Positions 47,577-57,686 of a DNA stretch of 64,000 nucleotides are shown in pieces. Position 1 is the first letter of the stretch. Each line of letters begins with the position of its first letter. The notes beneath the pieces were generated by a model. It saw nothing but the letters and a program-made list of their open reading frames with translations. It made no database searches and was not told the origin of the DNA. The position numbers were made by a program, and so were the translations under genes. The DNA is taken from positions 1,984,001 to 2,048,000 of the forward strand of contig JAUFOQ010000013.1 in assembly GCA_040285855.1 (NCBI GenBank). The letters run 5' to 3'. This stretch comes from Eukaryota sp. GEM-RC1 (lineage: Eukaryota).

Positions 47577-50500
47577 ATGTCAACAGTTCCTCTTCTCCCT
47601 ACTAACAGAACAGATTCTCCTCTTTGTGCCAATCCTTGCCCAATGAGCTACGTACCCATACTCGTTAACAAGAGTTATGCAGTTTGTAGTTGTTGTTGTG
47701 GTTCTGCTCTCGCCGCTACTAGTACAGATTCTCCTCTTTGTGCCAATCCTTGCCCAATGAGCTACGTACCCATACTCGTTAACAAGAGTTATGCAGTTTG
47801 TAGTTGTTGTTGTGGTTCTGCTCTCGCCGCTACTAGTACAGATTCTCCTCTTTGTGCCAATCCTTGCCCAATGAGCTACGTACCCATACTCGTTAACAAG
47901 AGTTATGCAGTTTGTAGTTGTTGTTGTGGTTCTGCTCTCGCCGCTACTAGTACAGATTCTCCTCTTTGTGCCAATCCTTGCCCAATGAGCTACGTACCCA
48001 TAATCGTTAACAAGAGTTATGCAGTTTGTAGTTGTTGTTGTGGTTCTGCTCTCGCCGCTACTAGTACAGATTCTCCTCTTTGTGCCAATCCTTGCCCAAT
48101 GAGCTACGTACCCATACTCGTTAACAAGAGTTATGCAGTTTGTAGTTGTTGTTGTGGTTCTGCTCTCGCCGCTACTAGTACAGATTCTCCTCTTTGTGCC
48201 AATCCTTGCCCAATGAGCTACGTACCCATACTCGTTAACAAGAGTTATGCAGTTTGTAGTTGTTGTTGTGGTTCTCCCTCGCGAAGTGTTTTAGACCTCT
48301 CTTGTACATTTTTCTCATCCCGTCCCCCATTCAAAAAAGATCTCACCATGGATGGTGACGTGGAATCCAATCCAGGGCCAGTTTCTCAACAAGCTTTAGA
48401 TTGTTTGCAACCTGATCATTTGGTAGATGATGAAGTCTTTGTTGAGTTTTCTAGATCCATATTTCAAACATATTTCGAACTACAAGCATGTAGTGTAGAT
48501 TTCGATGATCTTTTTATTCAACCTGCTCTTTTAAAGGGACATAATCTTTTTCCTGATTTATCGTTAGATGTTTTTTCAATGACAAAGTCAATGTCACTAA
48601 GGCAAAAGGATACAACTATCTCATAATCCCACTAAATAATTCCATGACAGAACCGGCCAATGATGGAACACACTGGGGGCTAGTTATTGTCGATTGTGTG
48701 CGTTTGGAAGGTATATTTATTGATCCACAGTGTGATTGAGATTCTTCAATAGAATCTTCGTCTTTGAAACAGATATTCAATATAGTTCAAACAACTTTTG
48801 GAACTTATAATCTCAAACCAATTCCTGTTGCAACCAAGCAAACTTTAAACGACGGTGTAATTTATGTCCTAAAATATATAGAGAAATTTATTGAACTTTT
48901 GTCACAATTACGATCAATCCCTGGGCTGTATTTGGAATCCAAATTGCTTGAAATAGCCAACATAAACACTGTAGAAGTTCGCCAAGAGATTCAGAACCGT
49001 TTGAGTCGATCAGAGACTAAACCCAAAAAAGTTGTTTCTGATGAGACTTTGACCTCTGTGGAACCGAATAACTGGGTCGATGATGAAGTTATACGACTAT
49101 ATTGTAAGAAATTATTTGAAATTTATGGTCTAGGTTACGATTGGACTTCTTTTATCCCCCCTTCAGTGATGAAGTATTACATCACTAGTCACAATCTGTT
49201 ATCTTTTCTATATGATAAAATTCACGAATGTTTAAATCGAGGCAACAGATTTCTTATTGCTCCCTTGAATGATGGATTTACAGAACCAGCACAATCTGGT
49301 ATTCATTGGGGTTTGATTATCATTGATTGTCAAATCAGGAACTGGATGTTTATTGACCCATATTACGATACTGGTGATTTTGCACAGGATGGAAATATTA
49401 TCAAGACTTCTCTGCTGACAAATGTCCTTTCTATAGTAGTATCAGTTCTTAGCATTCTTGAATTCGAACCAATTGTTTTTCCTGTTACGCGAAAGCAGAC
49501 GCCCAATGATTGTGGAATCTATGTTATAGAGTATATTCACCAATTTTTGAACATTCAAAATGAACTTCCAAGCCTGTCTCATGCTGAAGCGTCGTTGCTT
49601 AATATGGAAATTGATGCTCTTGCTGTTCGAAACGAAATCTACTCGTATCTTGAATCACTTAATCCACCAGAGGAAGAGGAAGAAGAGACTGAGGAAGAAG
49701 AAGAAGAAGAGTCTGAAGAAGAAGAACAGCTAATGTCCAAAGAATCGTCTATTAGGTTAACAGACCTACCACCAAAATTGCAAGAATCTATTTCTTTATA
49801 TCCACCGTCAATGCAAAAGGATATACTTATCATGGAAGAAAGTCTACACACTGAACCTGTAAAAGAAGTTGTTTCTGTAGACACCTTAGTCTCCTCATCT
49901 AAAAAAGAACTACATAAACCTCAAAAAGTGGAATTACTCCTCCATTTAAGAAATCGAATCTATCAGAATTAACAGAAACAGAAGAAATCCCAACATTTTG
50001 TTTAATTGATTTTAAAACAATGATTACTGATGCAAAACGACTTAATCCAAGAATTCTCAAATCACCTAAAACTGTATTGCCTAAAAAAAGTGTCGACTCT
50101 GATGATATTGAAGATGACTCTGAGGAACCAGAGGATGCTGATATACCTAAAATCAAAGAAGAAGTTGAAGCATCGAGAGCAGAACTGTTTGCAAATCCTT
50201 TGGATAAAGAAGACAAAATAATCTTTATCAGTCTCAAATTTATCTATGCTAATTTCACTTCAACTGTTATTTTTAGTAAAAGAACATAAACAATACATTT
50301 GAAAATGTCGAAATAATTGTTTGTGCTTCAGAAGAAGCCATGATTGGGGAACTTATCCAAGTTTTATGCCAAACAAAACCCAGATTGTTGATTGGTTATA
50401 ACACTGATGAACTTTTGTTTCCTTTTTGATTAAACGGTGTGAAATGTTCAAGATTCAGACAAATTTTCATTTAGATAATCCATACAGACCCTACGTACCC

Positions 50501-53442
50501 AACTGGTTTCATAGATGGTGTAAGCTTTGCAATTTTGGACCTTTTGTTTCTCTAGACTTGGCAAATGTTACAAAGTCTACTTATGTCTTCAAAGGTGGTA
50601 GAAGTTTGGAAAATGTTTGTTCAAAGTTGTTTCGTAGACACGTACCGAATTTAATTTTGTCGTCATTAGAATTAACTACGTACTTCACAGAATTTCGAAA
50701 AGTACCAGGCATAACTGTTAACAAGGAAATAGAGAAAGAGTTTAACCTACTCGCACACAACAAGCAAACCTTCAAATTGTGGACTGATAATGCAAAAGTA
50801 ATTACTCTGGTTGAAGATTTACTTCAACGAATTGACTGTTTATCTGAATTACATGAATATTTCTTTGATGAAGAAACTCAACATGTTCTAGAGCGCCATC
50901 CAATTAAAGTGGTGAAAAAGGGACTGGAGAAAGTTATTAAAGATCAGGATAATATTGTCTTAATTAAAGACTGTGTTATCCGAAATCAAAGAGCAACAGT
51001 AAGGGGTTCTAATTTTTTGAAACATCTCCTTATGTGTGAGTTTGAAACACGTGGATGTGAATTAAATTTGATGAATCCTCATTACTTTCGTCCATATCTC
51101 CTAGAATCTTCTGTTTCGGAATCAAAAGAACGAGATTTAATGTACGAACATGATTTTTTTGAGAAACGACTTCGTGAAATGAAGTTAATGTACGAACATG
51201 ATTTTTTTGAGGAACGACTTCGTGAAATGGAGTTAATGAATGAACATGATTTAGATTCGTATCCATCAGAACTTTCTGATTTGTTGGCATTAAATGATCG
51301 TAAATTAATGAAGAGCCATGATACAATGCCTGATTCTGATGATGCATCTGTTTCTGATCCGTTAGAACCTTCTGATTTACCCCTCTACACTAAGTTTTCC
51401 GTAGTCTTACCAGATTTGGAAAAAACTGCTTAAACACGATTCTATTAGACAAGTATTGAGACGGATGTATGTGAAGAAATAAACTGGTTCTTCAATTACA
51501 AAGTCAGAACTAGAAATGTCAAGAGCAGAGGCTCAAAAAGTGATTGACGATTTCCAAAAATCTTCAAGACTAGAAATGAACGAAAAAGAAAAAATTGCAT
51601 TTCACTACTTGAACAACTTTTCTCCACTTCTACAACAGTTGTCTGATGAAATTGGAACAAATCAAATTTCATTTCCTGATTCTACGTCAATGTCTCCCAT
51701 ATTTCATTACACTGCCAAACAAATTTCTACAAATTATGCAAACAATATGGTCAAAAATTTTCATGATTATGTATTCAGATTCTTTAATCTGGTAACAAGA
51801 AAGAAGGTCAGACTTGAACAAATCAATGATCAAGTTAGTAAGAAAAAATTGATTTCGAAATTGAATTCAGTCAGAGATTCGATTATCAATGGAAATTTTG
51901 ATGACATTCCAATTGAAGATCACGAGATTTTCCCTAATCAACGTGAAGAACTAACGTTGAGGTTTTTTGCGTATTTAAAATTTTCTTTGTTTCCAATGTT
52001 TTCAAAAAGAACATTTACTATTTACAGAAAGCAAAGCCGACAGAGTTAATTTCTCATGCTCTGTACATCAACCGAACAATACAATCTTTGTGTTTGGTTG
52101 ATGGAAAACCAATCAGTGTAAACAACCCTTTTCCAATGACGAAGACATTGATTCCTCAGCATATTCGTTTGGACACAGGTTGGATGAATGATAGATTTGT
52201 TCATATACGTGGCAAAAATGCAGATGAAATAAGAAAAAAGGTCTTTGATCAGGTCCTTACTGACAAAGCTGTGGCACCAACAAAATCATTTGTCTTTAGA
52301 TATTCTTCAATTCTGACTGATGGAATTTCTTGTTGTTTGGTTTTAATGAGGAAAGATTTAGTTGATGAAGATGGAAATACTTTCAAAGATTTTACTGCTA
52401 AATCTCTCGGAACTTCGGAAAGATACATTCACTCTTTATCAAATGAGAATATTCACGAATTACAATTGAAAGAAAAAAAGAATTGTCGGTGTCGATCCCA
52501 ATGAATATGATTTAATGTATTGTGTTTCAGAAAAGACAGTCGATGAGCTTAAAGAAGAAGATATTTCTGAAAATAATCCACTCAAAAAACGATTACCCTT
52601 AGAAATCAGAAGTAAGAAAAGAGGAGGAATTAAGAAAAGAAAGAAACAGTTACAAGATTGGAAAAATTCGAATAATGATGTAAAAATCAAAGAAAAAGAC
52701 TAAGCACAAATGGAAGAAGTTTAATTACACAGCGGGAGAAAGAGCTTATGATAGGAAATCTAAAAAATATCGTAAATCTGAAAATAGAAAACTGAAAGAA
52801 TTTTCTATCGAATCACCAGACGAAACTGTCACTGAAAGACAACTTAAAGATTTTTTGGTTCTCCACCCTGATAGAATTCTTGTAACAGGAAGAGATGTCG
52901 TTAACCAATTCTCCAATGCTGTATCAAACGGGGAAAGAAAGTCGTGTTTCAGTGACACATTTGAAACATATATTAAAGAAGCTGAACGATATAACGTATA
53001 TTTGAGTTCTTTCTACGAAGATGACTGGTTTAGAAAGAGGAAATTCCAAATTTATTCTAATAACCAACGTTCGGAGAAAAACATGCTAGAACGCTTCAAT
53101 TTAACATATGGACCTCCAGAAGACGTCGTCATTGGCTATGGGGATTGGAGCTCAAAAGGTAAAACAAGAAAGTCTCTGTCTCTCGAGAGATCTAAAACTC
53201 AAACAACAGATCTCGAGAGTGGTAAGGATACTTTGGCGAGAGACCAGAAGAAGAAGAAGACTGCGACCAAGAAGGAGAAAACTTCAACAGGAAAGGCTCG
53301 TAAGAAACCAACATGTGGAAATTGTGGCCAAGAAGGTCATAACAAAACGTCATGCAAGAATCCACCAAAAGAAATGAGTTCGCCTAAAAGAAGAAGCGTA
53401 AAGTCAGTCAAGAAGAAGAAGCTCTCTCGTAAAGGACTTTAG
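47577..53442 (+). CDS. inferred polyprotein: Cys-rich repeats - 2A - Ulp1 x2 - PolB exonuclease-like - Fanzor1-like - CCHC; disrupted in this sequence
   Basis: Abutting same-strand ORFs whose breaks fall inside or between domains, mostly at A/T homopolymers; two in-frame stops (TGA 48737, TAA 51480). Continuity is inferred. Confidence 0.6.
47610..48275 (+). repeat. tandem array 2: 114-bp unit x5.8
   Basis: Units at 47610, 47724, 47838, 47952, 48066 and 48180 (partial); one C-to-A variant at 48003; 38-aa repeats with LVNKSYA.CSCCCG. Confidence 0.97.
48339..48380 (+). other. 2A / StopGo ribosomal skipping peptide
   Basis: DLTMDGDVESNPGP matches D(V/I)ExNPGP exactly, in frame between the repeats and the first protease domain. 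Confidence 0.9.
48390..49650 (+). CDS. tandem Ulp1/C48 (SUMO/NEDD8-protease-like) domains; the first lacks the catalytic Cys
   Basis: Domain 1: LVDDEV, IIPLNN, GTHWGLVIVD, FIDP, KQTLNDGV. Domain 2: WVDDEVI, IAPLND, GIHWGLIIID, FIDP, KQTPNDCGIYV. Confidence 0.85.
49990..50860 (+). CDS. family-B DNA polymerase 3'-5' exonuclease-like domain, probably inactive
   Basis: IPTFCLIDFKT, DKIIFIS, SEEAMIGEL, PRLLIGYNTDELLFPFLIKRC, SLDL..RSLENVCSKL; the Exo I E, Exo II D and Exo III YxxxD are not canonical. Confidence 0.65.
50900..53442 (+). CDS. Fanzor1-like (eukaryotic TnpB homologue), C-terminally altered
   Basis: FLKHLL, HYTAKQISTNYANNM..FHDYVFRFFN, PFPM..IPQHIRLDT, ILTDGISC, RuvC-I IVGVDPN (Asp 52494-96), FNYT..ER, RKRKFQIY..QRSE, VVIGYGDWS; no RuvC-II/III before the stop. 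Confidence 0.85.
51138..51250 (+). repeat. 48-bp in-frame repeat, about 2.3 copies (LMYEHDFFE.RLREM.)
   Basis: Read directly; inserted in the Fanzor N-terminal region. Confidence 0.85.
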
Positions 53443-53495
53443 TGTACTTTTAACGGTACACAGTGCAGTGGGCTTAGCTCACTGGGTGTCTGTGG
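53442..53495 (+). ncRNA. candidate omegaRNA scaffold (continues at 57691-57700 beyond the LTR element)
   Basis: Hairpins GTGTAC/GTACAC, CAGTGGGC/GCTCACTG and, after removing the insertion, GTGTC/GATAC directly 3' of the Fanzor ORF. Function inferred from position only. Confidence 0.4.
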
Positions 53496-53595
53496 TGTTA
53501 GGTCAATAATGACGTGTAATTATGACCTATGCCTTTTTATAGAATTGTACTTTAATAAACCTATCTTCACCATCGTTTTACGCGTAGAAGCAACA
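53496..53595 (+). repeat. 5' LTR
   Basis: TGTTAGG...GCAACA, identical to 57587-57686. Confidence 0.97.
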
Positions 53596-53625
53596 GTGAT
53601 CACTGACGCTATTAGTCACTGAACC

Positions 53626-54381
53626 ATGGACCGCCCTAGAACCACCCCCATCCTCAAAGGACTTACCTCAGACCAAGTACAACAATATCTTGATGATTTC
53701 AAGATCGCCCAGAAGAACGATGACTCTCTCTCCCTGAGAGATGGAATCCCAGACACCATCTTGGAAGGCATTTACCTTCTAAAGCCTCTGGCCGACCCTG
53801 ACTCTGAAGAAGACCCACACGAGGGATTTGTCTCTGCCGAAGAAGAGCTGAAGGGTTTCTTCGAGAGCCGTCAAGCGATACCCAGTCTCCGTTCCCTTGT
53901 CTCATCTCTAGCAAACTTAAGACCTGATTTCAAAGAAAGAGATACGGAGGCAAGATACCTCGCGTTCGCCGCAAAGTTTCAGAGATTGAGGAAGAGAGCC
54001 AGTCACCTCAACCTTGACCTCCCATGGTGGATGAATCAATTTGCCGAGAAGGTTCGTCCCACCAGGATTGCCGAAGACTTCGTAGAACGCATTAAAGCCG
54101 GTTCCATCCCCTCGATGACTATTCTGCTACAAGAAGTCATTGATGAATGCAGCGCTTTTGAACGACTTGATGGGTACCGCACGCCCAACAAACCTTCGTC
54201 CCGCAACCACCATAGCACCCAGTCCCTCACGACCAGTGGAACTCCCAAAGCCCTCACCAAACTCACGGACAAAGAAAGAACCGAGCTCTCTCGATCTGGT
54301 TCCTGCTTTAGATGTAGACAGAAGGGTCACGTGGCTGCGATGTGCCCTCTCGCTGTGAAAAAAAGAAATAAACGCTATTAA
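53626..54381 (+). CDS. gag: Gag with CCHC nucleocapsid knuckle
   Basis: CFRCRQKGHVAAMC. Confidence 0.9.
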   Translation: MDRPRTTPILKGLTSDQVQQYLDDFKIAQKNDDSLSLRDGIPDTILEGIYLLKPLADPDSEEDPHEGFVSAEEELKGFFESRQAIPSLRSLVSSLANLRPDFKERDTEARYLAFAAKFQRLRKRASHLNLDLPWWMNQFAEKVRPTRIAEDFVERIKAGSIPSMTILLQEVIDECSAFERLDGYRTPNKPSSRNHHSTQSLTTSGTPKALTKLTDKERTELSRSGSCFRCRQKGHVAAMCPLAVKKRNKRY

Positions 54382-57300
54382 CTATGAAAGCCCCCCAATC
54401 CCTCCTATCCTAATCCCTGTACTCATAAAGGAAGAAGAAATTCAAGCCTTTGTGGACCCCGGATCAGACTGCAGCCTCATCCACTCAGACTTAGTGAAGA
54501 GACTACAACTCCCCCTCTTTTTTCACCAAAGTACAACTGAAAGGAATCCACGGCACCTGCAGAACCTCCTCTGGTACATCCCAAGTTCAATTTGAACTAC
54601 TCGAACCACATAATCTGATCTCCACAGCCAAGTTCATCGTCTATGACACGGCTTACCCTATAATCTTAGGCCGTGAAATTCTTCACGATCTAGGACTTCT
54701 GTCGGAAAAAGGTCTATTCTTGCATCTTAAAGGCAAAGAGGACTTTTCAGACGATGACTTAGAACCCGAAGTACCAGATCCCTGTCAGCCAAACCCTTGG
54801 AACAAGGACGATGACCCTAACGAAGTATCCAAAATCAGAGTACAACTAAATCCCTCTCAAGCATCACAGATATACTCTCTGCTACAACACCATGTCGAAG
54901 TCTTTGATACTAAGCCTCATCCCGATGGTCTAGACTGCCCAGATTTCGAAATCCCCTTCCTAGACGAGACCAAAACTACCAAAGCAAGACCTAGGCCCAT
55001 GAAACCCAGGCAACTCGAATTAGCCAAATCACTTATGAAGGAACATGTCGACTCTGGTGTCGCAAGAGTTGTTAGCGAACCCCGGTTTAGTAGTCCCGTA
55101 GTTCTCAAAGAATATGCTGATAAGAAACCACGACTTTGTGGCGACTACAAGAAGATCAATGAACTGAGCATCACCCACGCTGCTGAAATTCCACGAATTA
55201 CTGACATTATCCAAAAGATAGCGAACGCCACCTATGTAGCCGTCTTCGACCTAAGACGGGCTTTCTACCAACTTAAAGTGAGCCCGAGAGATGTGGAGAA
55301 AACTACTATCTCTGTACCAGGCCTAAGCATTCAATACCTCAGAGCGCCTTTCGGATTAAAAAATGTTCCGGGATACTTTCAAGACCGTCTTGGGTCAATC
55401 TTCAACACTGACTACTCCGACATCTACATCGATGACCTCATCGTTTTTGGAACCGACTTTGAGAGGTTCAAACAGAGCCTCGACAAGACCCTCGGAAAAG
55501 TCAAAAGCATCAGAGCTCGCCTGGCCGCCCCAAAAGCTGTGATCTCAGATTGCTCTCACAAATTCACACTTTTAGGGTTCACATTCCTTAACCAAACGAA
55601 ATCTATCAGTGAGGACAAACTCAAGCCCATAAGAAACGCCACATACCCCGCCACCATCAAACACCTACGCTCCTTCCTCGGGGCAACAAACTATCTAAGA
55701 GAATTCATTCCCAATTTTGCAGACATCACGAGGCCCTTATACGACCTACTACAGAAAGGAGCCAAATTCATATTCTCAAAGAGCCACAAAGAATCGTTTG
55801 ACGTCTTGAAGCACCACGTCATTAACTCAGTCCCTCTCCAGCTGCCGACAGAAACTCAGAAAGTTATTGTGACGACAGATGCTTCCGATTCTCGCCATCG
55901 GAGGTGTGATCTGGGCCGACAATACAGCCGACGAAAATAGTCCCCTTGACAAAAAGAACTTAGTCCCTTTGTGTTTTTACTCAAAGAAATTGAACAAGAC
56001 GCAGACAGCCTGGTCCACGAACAAGAAAGAGTTGTTCGCCATAGTTTCTACCCTGTGTCTCTCAAGCCTATCCAACTTCCTGATCTCTCATCCTTTCACA
56101 CTTTACACCGATCATCGCAACCTTGTCCATCTCCACACAACAGAATCTCCCATGATCTCCCGATGGAGACCCCTACTCAGCCAATTCTCTTTCAAGATCG
56201 TCCACACACCTGGAAAAATAAACTCCATGGCTGACTTCTTGTCGAGAAAACCCGACCACCTTCTTCCACACAGAGAAGTCCTAACCACCGAATCACCAGT
56301 TAACAAGACCTCCGACAACATAGTGTCGCACCTGATCAAAACAGTTCACTCTAATGGACACCTAAGCCAGGAACGCACCCTCAACCACCTGAAAACTTTG
56401 GGCTTCAGTGCCCCTAACCTCAAAGACTGGGTCAACGACATTGTTTCCAACTGCGGAACATGTCAAAAGGCGTCAAACATCCCAAGAAAGACACCAGCCC
56501 ACACAGGCTCCCTGGGATCATCAATGCCCTTCGAAAGCCTCCATCTAGACTGCATAACTTTACCAAAAGACGCTAAAGGATTTAAACATGTACTAGTAAT
56601 AGTTGATGGCTTCTCGAAATTCACTTTCTTAACACCTTTGAAGAATCTCTCAGCGGAAGCAACATGTGATATCCTCACTTCTAAAGTGTTCAGCATTTTT
56701 GGACTTCCTCTACAAGTCCACTCAGATGGAGGAAAGGAATTCGCAAACAACCTGGTCAAAAACCTCCTCTTGAAACTAGGAATCCAACAGACCTTTTTCT
56801 TTCCCCAACCACAGCCCATCAAACGGGCTAGTAGAACGAGTTAACCAAGAAGTTGTCAAACTTACACGAAAACTGTCCACTGACACTGCTAATCATACAG
56901 ATTGGAGTGATAAAATCCCTCTCATCCAGCTCATTCTCAACTCAGAACCCTCTTCCACTACCAAGTTGTCACCATATTCCTTATTATTTGGTAGACACAT
57001 TAAGCCTAGACGTAACCTACTCGATGTACTACTGTCCAGAAATGACACCACAGACAAAACCTCAAACACTCATTCCTTCGTTGATCAGATATCCAAAGAA
57101 ACCCTTAAGCTTACTTCTGAAGCTATCAGTCGAAAGAGGAAAACCGTTGATGCCACCCCAAATGAATTTCTAGTCGGTGACCTGGTACTCCTCGACGATG
57201 CTCCGAACAAACTGTTGAACTTACTAGGACCGTTTCAAGTGACCAAGAAACATGGCAACTCCGGTTACGAGATCGAATCAATAGTAGCTGACAAGAAGAG

Positions 57301-57592
57301 GACTGTGTCAGCATATGATTTACACTCCTTCTCCCCCAACATCCTTGACGAAAACGCCAAAAGACTTGCTGCTTCAGACTATGATGAACATCTTGTCAAC
57401 CAAGTTATTGACCACGACCCAAAGAACGAATGGTTTCTGGTCAGGTTTTCAAATGGAGTTGAAGCTTGGCAACCACTGGACAACCTCAGAGATGGCAGCA
57501 AGATCAATTGTTACCTACAAGACTACTGCCTAAAGCACAAACTAAACCTCACCCCTAGAAAGAGGGGAAGGAAGGGGAAGAAGCAATGTTAG
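54382..57592 (+). CDS. pol: Pol (protease, RT, RNase H, integrase, chromodomain), frameshifted
   Basis: AFVDPGSD, RLCGDYKKIN, PFGLKN, YIDD, TDAS, YTDHRNL, H..H..CGTC, HSDGGKEF, VNQVIDH..FLVRF..WQPLDNL. Confidence 0.93.
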
Positions 57593-57686
57593 GTCAATAA
57601 TGACGTGTAATTATGACCTATGCCTTTTTATAGAATTGTACTTTAATAAACCTATCTTCACCATCGTTTTACGCGTAGAAGCAACA
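57587..57686 (+). repeat. 3' LTR
   Basis: Identical to the 5' LTR. Confidence 0.97.

Larger units (their letters stand above)
53496..57686 (+). mobile_element. Ty3/Gypsy chromodomain-containing LTR retrotransposon, 4191 bp
   Basis: Identical 100-bp TG..CA LTRs, 4-bp TSD GTGG (53492-95, 57687-90), polypurine tract before 57587, domain order gag-PR-RT-RH-IN-chromo. Confidence 0.97.

Noticed and set aside
44361..48275. CRISPR array interpretation of the 120-bp and 114-bp arrays
   Set aside because: Units are identical end to end, with no unique spacers and no cas genes.
48737..51482. Stop-codon reassignment to explain the in-frame TGA and TAA
   Set aside because: Host genes here end at TGA, TAA and TAG and lack systematic internal stops; mutation or sequencing error is simpler.
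54355..54400. Programmed gag-pol frameshift at the A-run
   Set aside because: Cannot be separated from the homopolymer indel errors that also break pol in several places.
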